This document shows, piece after piece, positions 1-8,815 of a DNA stretch of 64,000 nucleotides. Positions within the stretch are counted from its first letter, which is position 1. Every line of letters begins with the position of its first letter. This DNA is from Deltaproteobacteria bacterium. Its GTDB lineage: Bacteria; UBA10199; JADFYH01. A program made the translations under genes and the position numbers. Location: positions 15,955-79,954 of the forward strand of contig JADFYH010000011.1 in NCBI GenBank assembly GCA_015233135.1. The letters run 5' to 3'. The notes beneath the pieces are model-generated. The model saw only the letters and a list, made by a program, of their open reading frames with translations. It did no database searches and was not told the DNA's origin.

Positions 1-148
1 AGAGAAAGTTACGAAGACTTGATCAAAAACGAAAAGATTCCTAAGTTTTTGAAATAGGATTTGAGTTTAAATATTCCAAATACCCTCCTTTGAGATTATA
101 AGCCGGATAGCCCTTTTGACTTAGAATCTTCCAGGCTAGATAGCCGCG

Positions 149-1678
149 TTAGCCTTTTTGACAATACAGCACGACCGTTTGATCTTTTGGAATTTCACTC
201 AGTCGATCTCGAATTTCTTTGAGAGGAATATTTTTTGCACCTGGAATTTGTTCGAACTTTTCAAGTTCCTCCGGATCGCGCACATCTATCAAAAATAATT
301 TCTTATTCTTAAGCTCGGCCGCGTCGATAGAGTGAACATCACCGCGCAACTCGTTGGAGGCCACGAAGGCCGCCATGTTGATGGGATCCTGCGCCGAACC
401 AAAAGGCGGGGCATAAGCAAGATCGATGGATTCCAGATCGGAAATGGTCATGCCTCCAAAAATAGCGGTGGCCAGCACATCCACGCGTTTATCGACTCCT
501 TCCGCTCCCATCACTTGGGCACCCAAAATTCTTCCGCGACCTTCTTCCACCAAGAGTTTCGTCACCAGCATTTGTGCGCCTGGATAGTAGGAGGCGTGCG
601 AGGGATCCCGCGTAATGGAATAAAAAAAAGAAAATCCGGCCTCCTTGGCCTGTCTGCTGTTGAGCCCCACATAGCCCACGGTTTTATTGAGAATACGCAC
701 GATGGAAGTTCCCAGCGCTCCAAGATAGGTGAGATTTTTTCCGGCGGCATTGGCTCCGGCAATGCGGCCTTGACGATTGGCAGGGCCAGCCAAGGCAATA
801 CGGACGCGCCCTCCCGTAATGTGGTGTCGAGTTTCAGCGGCATCCCCCACCGTAAAAATATCCGGGTCGGACGATTGCATCAGGTCATTGGCCTTTACTC
901 CACCGGTGATTCCAATTTCGAGCCCCGCTTCTTTGGCCAAGGTCACTTCAGGCCTCACGCCCACGCTGAGCAACACCATCTGTGCCTCAATTTTTCTACC
1001 ATCTTCCAGCACCACATAATCCGCTGCAATTTCTACAAGACCGGTCCCTGCAATAATTTCCATTTTTTTCTGCAATTCGCGCGTAAGTTCTGCGGCCATG
1101 TCGTCATCCAGCAAAGGTAAAACGTGATGGGCTTTTTCGACCACACACAGGTCAAGCCCGCGATGAATCAGGGCTTCCGCCATTTCCAAGCCAATAAATC
1201 CACCCCCCACGACCACCGCTTTTTTAATTTTTTTCTGCTGTAAGAACTGAACAATTCTGTCCATGTCCGGAATATCACGCAGGGTAAAAACATGCGCTTG
1301 CTGCACCCCTTTAAAGGGCGGAACTATAGGCGAAGCACCTTGGCTGAGAATGAGTTTGTCATAAGGCACTTCAATTTCGTCTCCCTCAGGCCTGCGCACT
1401 CGCAATTTTTTTTCGTTTCTCAATATGGCCAACACCTCATGATGGATGTTCACTCGGATACGATATTTGTCCCAAAATTTTTGGGGATTCATGAGCAGCA
1501 GATCGTCCCGATTTTTGATATCCCCGCCAATGTAGTAAGGCAGGCCACAGTTGGCAAAAGAGACATAAGGTCCTCTCTCAAATACCGTAATTTCGGCTTG
1601 CTCATTTTCACGACGAGCCTTAGCCGCCGCAGAAGCACCCCCGGCCACACCCCCTACCACCACAATTTTGAGTGGCAT
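149..1678 (-). CDS. FAD/NAD(P)-dependent pyridine nucleotide-disulfide oxidoreductase with C-terminal rhodanese domain (CoA-disulfide reductase-like)
   Basis: Translation has GGVAGG dinucleotide-binding motif, redox-active Cys in SFANCGLPYYIGG, second NAD-binding GGGFIG motif, and a C-terminal rhodanese-like segment (LIDVRDPEE...LYCQKG). Start moved from track start to internal ATG (MPLKIVVVGG). Confidence 0.8.
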   Translation of the reverse strand: MPLKIVVVGGVAGGASAAAKARRENEQAEITVFERGPYVSFANCGLPYYIGGDIKNRDDLLLMNPQKFWDKYRIRVNIHHEVLAILRNEKKLRVRRPEGDEIEVPYDKLILSQGASPIVPPFKGVQQAHVFTLRDIPDMDRIVQFLQQKKIKKAVVVGGGFIGLEMAEALIHRGLDLCVVEKAHHVLPLLDDDMAAELTRELQKKMEIIAGTGLVEIAADYVVLEDGRKIEAQMVLLSVGVRPEVTLAKEAGLEIGITGGVKANDLMQSSDPDIFTVGDAAETRHHITGGRVRIALAGPANRQGRIAGANAAGKNLTYLGALGTSIVRILNKTVGYVGLNSRQAKEAGFSFFYSITRDPSHASYYPGAQMLVTKLLVEEGRGRILGAQVMGAEGVDKRVDVLATAIFGGMTISDLESIDLAYAPPFGSAQDPINMAAFVASNELRGDVHSIDAAELKNKKLFLIDVRDPEELEKFEQIPGAKNIPLKEIRDRLSEIPKDQTVVLYCQKG

Positions 1679-1700
1679 AAAAACTCCTATCGATTGATTT

Positions 1701-2234
1701 TTAATCCGTCTCAATACGGTTCCAGGGCATTTTTTCCAAAAGAATAGCCATGCCACAAAAACCAGAGACTCCCGCAAACACAAGACCTGTCCCCACAAAA
1801 AGGCTCAGGAATAGAAAGGCAGGATGAACAATTTTGGAAAGGAGAATCCCCAAGACCACGAGTGAACCCGCTGCGATTTGAACTTGCCTCATGAGGGGAA
1901 GACGGGAAGATATTTTAACAACGGCCCCAGGAACTTTGGAACATTCAGAAATCCCCCCTTCAATACAGAGGGTATTTGAGAAGCCCTGACCCTCCAAAAT
2001 TTTGCGGGCCCTCTCGCTTCGAACTCCACTCTGGCAGATCAAATACAACGTTTTGTCTCGAGGGATAATACTGAGTAACCCTTTCTCAATACTATCCAGA
2101 GGTAGATTGATAGCTCCGGGGAGGTGACAGGCCGAAAACTCATCGGGGTTTCGAACATCGAGAATCGTACAAGAATCTTTTTGTTTTAACTGAAGGAAAT
2201 CTTGAGCTCGGATTGTTTTGGATATTGTTTCCAT
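1701..2234 (-). CDS. rhodanese-domain protein fused to hydrophobic DUF2892-like membrane segment
   Basis: Rhodanese fold motifs (ILDVRNPDEF, active-site loop CQSGVRS) followed by a hydrophobic C-terminal half. Confidence 0.7.
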   Translation of the reverse strand: METISKTIRAQDFLQLKQKDSCTILDVRNPDEFSACHLPGAINLPLDSIEKGLLSIIPRDKTLYLICQSGVRSERARKILEGQGFSNTLCIEGGISECSKVPGAVVKISSRLPLMRQVQIAAGSLVVLGILLSKIVHPAFLFLSLFVGTGLVFAGVSGFCGMAILLEKMPWNRIETD

Positions 2235-2365
2235 GAACTCTCACATGGTTATAGAGGGGAAAAATGTCAAGGGAGCTAGGAGATCTAGAAATGTTAAAAA
2301 GATACAAACCTGGAAATGAGAAGAATCTGGAGGAGTTTTTTTACTGATTCTTTGTAAATAATTTT

Positions 2366-2644
2366 TTAATTCTTCGCCTGCTTAAACCCTTTTGGAATTT
2401 CAAACAGACTGGGAGAAAAATCTTCATGACTCAACTGTTTCACCAACATCACGTCCTTCGAAACTCCATCTCTTTGATCGAATACCGTTTTAATAATCAT
2501 CCTATCTTTAAGCATTTCCTGATAAAGCGCATTCGATTTTAAAAAAGGTGCTATCCCCTGATCTAACAGCTTTTTATAAAAATCTTTCAGCAATTCAACA
2601 TCTGCATCGGGGAGTCCCAAAGAACTGAAACGGCTTGCCCACAT
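2366..2644 (-). CDS. hypothetical protein
   Basis: ORF only. The track ORF starts with TTG at 2740. The internal ATG at 2644 (MWASRF) is used here to avoid overlap with the opposite-strand small ORF. Confidence 0.3.
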   Translation of the reverse strand: MWASRFSSLGLPDADVELLKDFYKKLLDQGIAPFLKSNALYQEMLKDRMIIKTVFDQRDGVSKDVMLVKQLSHEDFSPSLFEIPKGFKQAKN

Positions 2645-2709
2645 TTCAAATACTTTTTTATTTTTCACAAACAAGGCATAGTGGAGTAGACTGTAACAAG
2701 GAGAAAAAA

Positions 2710-2859
2710 ATGAAAAAAAAAAGGCAATCCGCAGAAACAAAAAAAGAAATCCGTCTCAAGATAAATCCTCTTGCCGTTTATCAAATTTTGAGTCTTCGAG
2801 GAAAAGTACGAACAAAAGTTGAAAAACTCTCTGATGTTTTAAGGAGAAAATATGGTTGA
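2710..2859 (+). CDS. small basic hypothetical protein, putative partner of downstream nucleotidyltransferase
   Basis: 49-codon ATG ORF overlapping the start of the next gene by 8 nt (ATGGTTGA). Lys/Arg-rich N-terminus. No motif recognised. Confidence 0.3.
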   Translation: MKKKRQSAETKKEIRLKINPLAVYQILSLRGKVRTKVEKLSDVLRRKYG

Positions 2860-3328
2860 AATACTTTTTCAGGCGATTTCTTTATTTGAGAAAAATAAAA
2901 TTGATTATTGTCTGATCGGTGGCTTGGCCATGATGCTTTACGGAGGGCGAGCCAACACGGTGGATATTGATTTCTATGTGCTTGTTGAAGATTTAGAAGA
3001 AGTTCGAAAAGTATTTGAAAAGGAAAAAATTTCAGTTCGAAGTGCAGGTGAACATCAGTTGAAAATCAAAATAAAAGGCGTCCAATTGGATATTCTTTAT
3101 GCAGATCATTATTTGGGAGATCAAGTTGTTAAAAGGGCGAAGCGAAAAAAATTAGGGAAAAATTACGTTAAAATTGCAACACCTGAAGATTTAATTGTGC
3201 TTAAAACCCTTGCCGACCGTAGCGTTGATCGACGTGACATCGAAGAACTAAGAGAATTATTTGAAAAAAAATTAGACGAAAAATATATTAAACGGAAATT
3301 GGAGTATTTGAGGAATTTTCTTTCGTAG
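2852..3328 (+). CDS. minimal nucleotidyltransferase-fold protein (Pol-beta superfamily; aminoglycoside-2''-adenylyltransferase/AbiEii-like)
   Basis: hGG-x12-DhD signature IGGLAMMLYGGRANTVDIDF and a downstream R-x-x-D-x-x-D-I-E-x-L motif. About 158 aa. Paralogous to the 18863..19405 gene. Confidence 0.6.
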   Translation: MVEILFQAISLFEKNKIDYCLIGGLAMMLYGGRANTVDIDFYVLVEDLEEVRKVFEKEKISVRSAGEHQLKIKIKGVQLDILYADHYLGDQVVKRAKRKKLGKNYVKIATPEDLIVLKTLADRSVDRRDIEELRELFEKKLDEKYIKRKLEYLRNFLS

Positions 3329-3406
3329 CATCTTTATTTGCTCTGGAACTTCGGTCCAAAGCCCCTACTTTTTGAATTAATCTGCATTTGTAAAAATCAT
3401 AATCGC

Positions 3407-3922
3407 TTATTTCATTTGGTTCATAAAATACAGGCCTGCATAAAATTTCGGGTCAATCCAAACTCCCTCTTTCATTTTTTTTCCAAGAAAGACATCAATG
3501 TTATCAAGCGGAATCTCATGCACCACAATCTGTTCACTCTCGTCTCCTCCTCCTGTACCAATTTTTTTCATATTTTCAGCCTTATAAAAATGAATCGTCT
3601 CTCCACTCAAACCCGCGGAAGGAGGCCCTTCAAAAAGATAAATCAATTTTTCTGCCGTGTAGCCAATCTCCTCTTCCATTTCCCGCAAGGCTGCCTGTTC
3701 CAGGTTTTCCTGGGAGGCCTCCGGGATATCTCCCACCAAGCCCGCTGGAAATTCAATTACCCATTTTTTGAGAGGGACACGATATTGCTCGGTGAAAACC
3801 AAAATTTTTTCAGGGGTCATGGTAAAAATGGAAACAATGCCACTGCAATTATTTCGTTTCACGTATTCCCATCTGCCCTCCTGAATAAAATTAAGATATT
3901 TACCTTGGTGAATTATTTTCAT
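3407..3922 (-). CDS. NUDIX hydrolase (ADP-ribose pyrophosphatase-like)
   Basis: Nudix box GLVGDIPEASQENLEQAALREMEEEIGY (G-x5-E-x7-REuxEExGu). Confidence 0.85.
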   Translation of the reverse strand: MKIIHQGKYLNFIQEGRWEYVKRNNCSGIVSIFTMTPEKILVFTEQYRVPLKKWVIEFPAGLVGDIPEASQENLEQAALREMEEEIGYTAEKLIYLFEGPPSAGLSGETIHFYKAENMKKIGTGGGDESEQIVVHEIPLDNIDVFLGKKMKEGVWIDPKFYAGLYFMNQMK

Positions 3923-3948
3923 ACAAAGACCTTAAAGGAGAATTTTTT

Positions 3949-4356
3949 ATGGTTCAAATAAATTTAATTTACGAAGGCGAACTTCGTGTTCGCGCCATCC
4001 ATGGGCCATCCGGAAAAGAGCTGGTCACCGATGCCCCGTTGGACAATCAGGGGAGGGGCGAGAGCTTTTCACCTACCGATCTGGTTTGCACAGCTTTAGG
4101 ATCTTGCATGGTGACGATTATGGGCATAGTGGCAGCACGGCATCAAATTGATTTAAAAGGGACAACGATTAGCGTCAAAAAGCACATGATCCAAGAACCA
4201 GTGCGACGGATTGGAAAAATCGAAGTGCATCTTAAAATGCCTGCCGGTATTGATGAAAAAGAAAGGAAAATTCTGGAACGCGCCGCCCGCACTTGTCCCG
4301 TGCATGAATCCTTACATCCGGATGTAATACAAGAAATACAGTTTGATTGGGCTTGA
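3949..4356 (+). CDS. OsmC/Ohr family protein
   Basis: OsmC-like length and conserved Cys pair (CTALGSC ... ARTCPV). Confidence 0.85.
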   Translation: MVQINLIYEGELRVRAIHGPSGKELVTDAPLDNQGRGESFSPTDLVCTALGSCMVTIMGIVAARHQIDLKGTTISVKKHMIQEPVRRIGKIEVHLKMPAGIDEKERKILERAARTCPVHESLHPDVIQEIQFDWA

Positions 4357-4376
4357 TTTTTGGGATTGGTTCTTAA

Positions 4377-4748
4377 TTACCAGAGCACATTCTTATAATA
4401 TTTTTTGATGAGTTTGTCTGAGGTGACAATGGGGACATCCTGTCTTTTGGCATAGGCTACGATGAGTCTGTCGACGGGGTCTTTGTGTTTCCAATCCAAA
4501 TGAATTGCATCAAACCATTCTTGCACGCTGATATTGATAATCTTTGCTTCTTCCGATTCCATACAGTCCTGAAATACATCAAGAGATTTTGGATGTTTCA
4601 AAAGCCCGCGTTTTTCCTTTAAAGCAATTTCAGCAAAAGAAACAGAAAGGATGAAAGCGCCTTTGGCAATTTCATCTTCGGTTCGAAGGGCGAGTGAAGA
4701 TTTAAATTGATAGAGCTCTATCAGAGCGCAAGTATCTAAGAGCACCAT
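4377..4748 (-). CDS. vapC: PIN-domain toxin VapC (type II TA)
   Basis: N-terminal LLDTCALIE PIN motif with the conserved Asp, about 123 aa. Overlaps the upstream antitoxin ORF by 13 nt. Confidence 0.85.
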   Translation of the reverse strand: MVLLDTCALIELYQFKSSLALRTEDEIAKGAFILSVSFAEIALKEKRGLLKHPKSLDVFQDCMESEEAKIINISVQEWFDAIHLDWKHKDPVDRLIVAYAKRQDVPIVTSDKLIKKYYKNVLW

Positions 4749-4963
4749 TGGTCAAAAGGAGGAAAAACAGGATCATTAATGTCTCCTTTTAAAACTTTAA
4801 TGTCCATTTTACCCCTCAAATTTAAAATACTTTTTTTTCGAACCGGAACCAATTTCAATTCAGGTTTATTGCGATGAGTAATGACAATTTCCTCTCCATC
4901 CTTGGCTTTATTCAAATATTTACTGGCATGTTGCAAAAATTCTCTTTTTCCTACTTGTGTCAT
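4736..4963 (-). CDS. Phd/YefM-type antitoxin
   Basis: 75-aa protein with Phd/YefM-like pattern (EIVITHRNKPELKLVPV). Perfect AGGAGG Shine-Dalgarno 7 nt upstream. Overlaps vapC. Confidence 0.7.
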   Translation of the reverse strand: MTQVGKREFLQHASKYLNKAKDGEEIVITHRNKPELKLVPVRKKSILNLRGKMDIKVLKGDINDPVFPPFDQWCS

Positions 4964-5086
4964 AAAGCACCTCCTCTTTTCACGTTAAATGATCGTACAT
5001 TTTGTTTCAACATCTATTTCAATAAAAACTGCCTCTTGCATCTTCAAAAAAGCTTTGAAATAAGAATTCTAATACATTTAAATAAA

Positions 5087-5225
5087 AACCTATCCCAAAA
5101 TCGTCATGAGCAAGCCAAGGGCAAGGCGCGGAGGGTCCAAAAAACCGGAGTTTGCTACTGCAAATGAGGATTTTTTGGAAACCGCAACGCCGCCATTGGG
5201 TTGCGCAATAGATTTTGGGATAGGT
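5087..5225 (+). promoter_or_regulatory. structured 5' leader or MITE-like element: perfect 17-bp inverted repeat enclosing 105 bp with two nested hairpins
   Basis: aaacctatcccaaaatc (5087-5103) is the exact reverse complement of gattttgggataggttt (5209-5225). Nested stems tccaaaaaa/ttttttgga and gcaac/gttgc lie inside. The 3' arm ends 4 nt before the AAGGA SD of the reductase gene. Confidence 0.35.
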
Positions 5226-5239
5226 TTTAAGGATTTTAT

Positions 5240-7492
5240 ATGAAAGCCTCTAATAACCTCTGGCGGGAAAAGCTCGCTGCTCAAACCAATCCGGCTTGGC
5301 TGGCGGAGCTGGATCAATTCGAGTCTGAAATTGCGCTCAAAAAACAAGGCAAAATGGAAGATCGAATTTTTGCAGAAACCCGGCTGCGACGCGGCGCCTA
5401 TGGTCAGCGCTACGACAATGGTCAACGTCATGACGGTCTGCAAACTCAAAAACTGGAATTCCCCGCCGGCGAACTCACCAAAGGGCCTCATACTTATTGG
5501 GATGCGCCGGGCATGCTGCGCATCAAAGTGCCTTACGGGGGCTTGAACGCCGAACAACTGGAAGTGGTGGCAGATCTCGCCGAAGAATATTCGGACGGCA
5601 TTGCCCACATTACCACCCGACAAGATTTCCAGCTCCATTTTGTACACATCGAAGATACCGCCGCCATTATGCGTCGCCTGGCCGCGGTGGGCATCACCAC
5701 GCGTGAGGCCTGTGGAAACTCGGTGCGAAACGTCACGGCCTGTCCCCTGGCCGGGGTATGCGCTGATGCCCCTTTCGACGTCACGCCTTACGCCCATGCC
5801 CTCACCTTCTTTTTACTGGGCCATCCCGATGCCCAGGATTTTGGCCGTAAGATGAAAGTTGCTTTTTCAGGCTGTGTCGAAAAGGCCTGTGGACTCGTCA
5901 ACATCCACGACATGGGTTACATCGCCCAAACCAAAATAGTGGATGGCAAAACACAACGCGGATTTCAATTTTTTATCGGCGGTGGTTTAGGTTCGGTCCC
6001 TCAAAGTGCAAAATTATTTGAGGCCTTTTTACCCGAAGAGGAAATGCTCCCGATGGCTCAGGCCGTCTGCCGCATCTTTGGACGTTATGGGGAAAAGAAA
6101 GATCGAGGCCGAGCCCGAATAAAATTTCTCATCAAAGATTGGGGCATCGATAAATTCAGAGAAGAAGTGTTGAAAGAACGTGCAATCCTCAAGACAGATG
6201 AGCGCTGGACCAGCTTCATCCCCAGCACTCGCCAGGAATTTGAAAGTCCTCTCAAAGCCGCCTCTGCGCTAGATCTCAATCCTCAGTCCGCTGATTTTAA
6301 ATCCTGGTTTAAAACCAACGTCCATGCTCAAAAACAAAAAGGCTACAAAGCAGTAAGCATCAGCCTGCCTTTGGGAGATCTGACAGGCCCTCAACTTCGC
6401 GGCCTGGCGGATATCGTCCGCAAATATACGCATGAAAGTGTGCGTACCACTGTGGAACAAAATTTCGTCTTGCGTTGGATAAGCGAGGCCGACCTTCCTC
6501 AAGTGCATCAAGAATTAAAGGCGATCCACCTCGCTGAAAAGGGTGCCGGAACTATTTTAGACATCGTTTCTTGTCCAGGAACAGACACCTGCAAATTAGG
6601 AATTTCTTCTTCACGCGGACTCGCGGCAGAACTCCGAAATCGTCTGGCCGAGCAGGCTCATCTTATGGATGAAGCGGTGCAGAATCTGCATATCAAAGTG
6701 AGTGGCTGTTTTAATTCTTGCGGTCAACATCACATTTCCGATTTGGGTTTTTATGGTGTTAGCCGGAAAATTGGAAATTATATGGTGCCGCACTTCCAAG
6801 TGGTGCTGGGAGGTCAGTGGGAGAACAATGGGGGATCCTACGGGCTTCCCATGGGCCCTGTTCCTTCCAGGAGAATTCCGGAGGTCGTTACCCGTTTGAC
6901 GGGGCGCTATTTGAGTGATCGGCAGAAGAATGAGAATTTTAAAAGTTTCATCACGCGTGTAGGAAAAGTGGAAGTTAAAAAATGGCTGGAAGATTTGGTC
7001 CCCGTTCCTTCGCACGATACAGACCCTTCTTATTATCAAGACTGGGGCGATCCTCGCGAATACAGCACCGGAGATATTGGCGTGGGTGAATGTGCGGGAG
7101 AAGTAGTCTCGACGGTTGAATTCGATCTCACTGCAGCCGAACGGCAGGTGTTCGAGGCCCAGGTTTTACTCGAGCAGGAAAAAGTTCAGGAGGCCGCTGA
7201 AAAAGCCTATGCGGCTATGGTTCAAGCAGCCAAAGGTTTGGTGCGGCATTACATCTGGGATGTCCCCGAGGGCGATGCCCTGGTGGCCGAATTCAAAACA
7301 CGTCTCGTGGACACTCAACTTTTTCACGACCCTTATGCCGGTACAAAATTTGCGCAGTACTTCTTTATGGCCCACAAAAAACAGGGCAGCGTTTATACGA
7401 GCGAAAATGCCCATCATCTGATTGAAGAAGCCTCCTTATTTGTAGAAGCCGCGCATAGTTGTTATGTAAAGATGACTTTGAAGAAAGAATAA
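5240..7492 (+). CDS. nitrite/sulfite reductase hemoprotein (siroheme-4Fe-4S) with about 200-aa C-terminal extension
   Basis: Two NIR_SIR ferredoxin-like halves and the cluster-binding Cys motif (TACPLAGVC...; SGCFNSCGQHH). GC-richer than its flanks. The antisense ORF 5090..5797 is a shadow ORF. Confidence 0.8.
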   Translation: MKASNNLWREKLAAQTNPAWLAELDQFESEIALKKQGKMEDRIFAETRLRRGAYGQRYDNGQRHDGLQTQKLEFPAGELTKGPHTYWDAPGMLRIKVPYGGLNAEQLEVVADLAEEYSDGIAHITTRQDFQLHFVHIEDTAAIMRRLAAVGITTREACGNSVRNVTACPLAGVCADAPFDVTPYAHALTFFLLGHPDAQDFGRKMKVAFSGCVEKACGLVNIHDMGYIAQTKIVDGKTQRGFQFFIGGGLGSVPQSAKLFEAFLPEEEMLPMAQAVCRIFGRYGEKKDRGRARIKFLIKDWGIDKFREEVLKERAILKTDERWTSFIPSTRQEFESPLKAASALDLNPQSADFKSWFKTNVHAQKQKGYKAVSISLPLGDLTGPQLRGLADIVRKYTHESVRTTVEQNFVLRWISEADLPQVHQELKAIHLAEKGAGTILDIVSCPGTDTCKLGISSSRGLAAELRNRLAEQAHLMDEAVQNLHIKVSGCFNSCGQHHISDLGFYGVSRKIGNYMVPHFQVVLGGQWENNGGSYGLPMGPVPSRRIPEVVTRLTGRYLSDRQKNENFKSFITRVGKVEVKKWLEDLVPVPSHDTDPSYYQDWGDPREYSTGDIGVGECAGEVVSTVEFDLTAAERQVFEAQVLLEQEKVQEAAEKAYAAMVQAAKGLVRHYIWDVPEGDALVAEFKTRLVDTQLFHDPYAGTKFAQYFFMAHKKQGSVYTSENAHHLIEEASLFVEAAHSCYVKMTLKKE

Positions 7493-7750
7493 ATCGGAAA
7501 ATCAGCGGAATCGGTGAGAGCGGAATCGGTGACGGAGGCCCTGGAACAAAAAAATAAAAAAAGGATTTTATTCTCTGGAATAAGTCATTCTGAATGAGTG
7601 AATTCTTTCCGAAGAACAATTTTTTTAGGAAGTACCTTCAATATTTTTCTAAGTAGGCGCTGTGCGGTACTGAAGGAGGCTCCTCACACACAACCCTACC
7701 TGCAGTTTTCGATGGTGATGTTTTTCGGTTGGAAATATCTCTGTTTTTCC

Positions 7751-8449
7751 TCAAGGGGATATTCTGGAATTCAATTTCCTAATCTTGGCGAGTGAAATTC
7801 TAAACTCTCTTATTTTTTCGTACTGCTTTGCCACCCACTCAGGATCACCTATATACAAAGCGTTGCGATAGCTTCCTTCTTTCTTCCTCGGAGCAGCACT
7901 TAAGATTTCTTCTACCATCCCTTGATAGACAATTTGTCTTTCTTGGGGAGAACTCCCCATCTGTTGGTAAACTTCAGGATCACTAATTAAAGAATCTTCT
8001 CTTCCATAGGCATAATGCGCATAAGAGCTGAGGCTGTTTTTTTTGGGATGTTTCACCTTGCCCGCTCGAACCTCATTCAAGTCATGGTAAATCATTGCTT
8101 TCACCAAATCTTGCTCCGTTTGTAAGGCAGGAGATTTGAAACGATCTCTCACCACTTGGCCACAGCGAGTAAACTGCTTATTGATTTCTTTGGCGAACAT
8201 TGAGTTCACAATACGAAAGAAGGCTGAAAAACTTTTGAGATCGGTAAGCTTTCCGGAGAGATGGATGTGGTTATCCATCATCATGTAAGAATAAAAAACA
8301 ACGTCATATTGTTCTTTAAAGCGCAGCAGCAAAGAGTAGTAGAGCTTTTTGGCCCACATCTGTCTGAGAAGCCACGACTTATTATGGCTTTGCCAGGTGA
8401 CATGAAAAAGAGAACCATTTTCTAAAATAAGAGAACGGGGAATTCGCAT
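7751..8449 (-). CDS. HUH/Y1 transposase (IS200/IS605 TnpA-like, RayT/COG1943-like)
   Basis: HUH motif in MMMDNHIHLSG. 232 aa, the length of REP-associated/IS200-like Y1 transposases. Confidence 0.7.
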   Translation of the reverse strand: MRIPRSLILENGSLFHVTWQSHNKSWLLRQMWAKKLYYSLLLRFKEQYDVVFYSYMMMDNHIHLSGKLTDLKSFSAFFRIVNSMFAKEINKQFTRCGQVVRDRFKSPALQTEQDLVKAMIYHDLNEVRAGKVKHPKKNSLSSYAHYAYGREDSLISDPEVYQQMGSSPQERQIVYQGMVEEILSAAPRKKEGSYRNALYIGDPEWVAKQYEKIREFRISLAKIRKLNSRISP

Positions 8450-8698
8450 GCATCCAGTGAATGCAAGCTTTGCTCCAAAACAGAGTAATTCATAAAAGGC
8501 TTGTTTTTATCGGCTTTAGAAGTTTGCGATTAGAAAAGAAAGTTCGAAATTCAAACGGATGAGAAAAATATCTTACTGTTTTCGGACCTCCGTCACTGTT
8601 TTCGATGAAGAAGGAAGCAGCTTCAAGACTTGCTAAAAATACCAAAACCGATTAACAAAAATTCACTCTGTCGCTGGAGGATTTTCAAGTGGCCATCG

Positions 8699-8815
8699 GG
8701 GTATGGTGAAGATTTGATGGGGCATGAAGATGTACGTACCACGCAGATTTATACGCATGTGATGAACAGGAATTTGAGTCACGTGAAAAGTCCGTTGGAA
8801 CCTTTAAATAAATGA
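8699..8815 (+). pseudogene. tyrosine recombinase/integrase C-terminal remnant
   Basis: Only the last ~30 codons are recognisable: LMGHEDVRTTQIYTHV matches the conserved integrase C-terminal motif carrying the catalytic Tyr. Upstream sequence is not integrase-like. Confidence 0.5.

Noticed and set aside
332-1747. Plus-strand ORFs (262 aa, 151 aa, 80 aa) antisense to the CoA-disulfide-reductase-like gene
   Set aside because: They are antisense to a strongly supported flavoprotein gene with no motifs, so shadow ORFs.
3338-3961. 207-aa plus-strand ORF antisense to the NUDIX gene
   Set aside because: It is entirely contained in the opposite strand of a gene with a clear Nudix box. It has low-complexity sequence and no motif.
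5090-5797. 235-aa minus-strand ORF overlapping the start of the nitrite/sulfite reductase gene, and the other 60-100-aa ORFs inside 5240..7492
   Set aside because: They lie antisense or out of frame within a GC-rich gene with strong siroheme reductase motifs. Such shadow ORFs are expected in GC-rich DNA and none has a recognisable motif.
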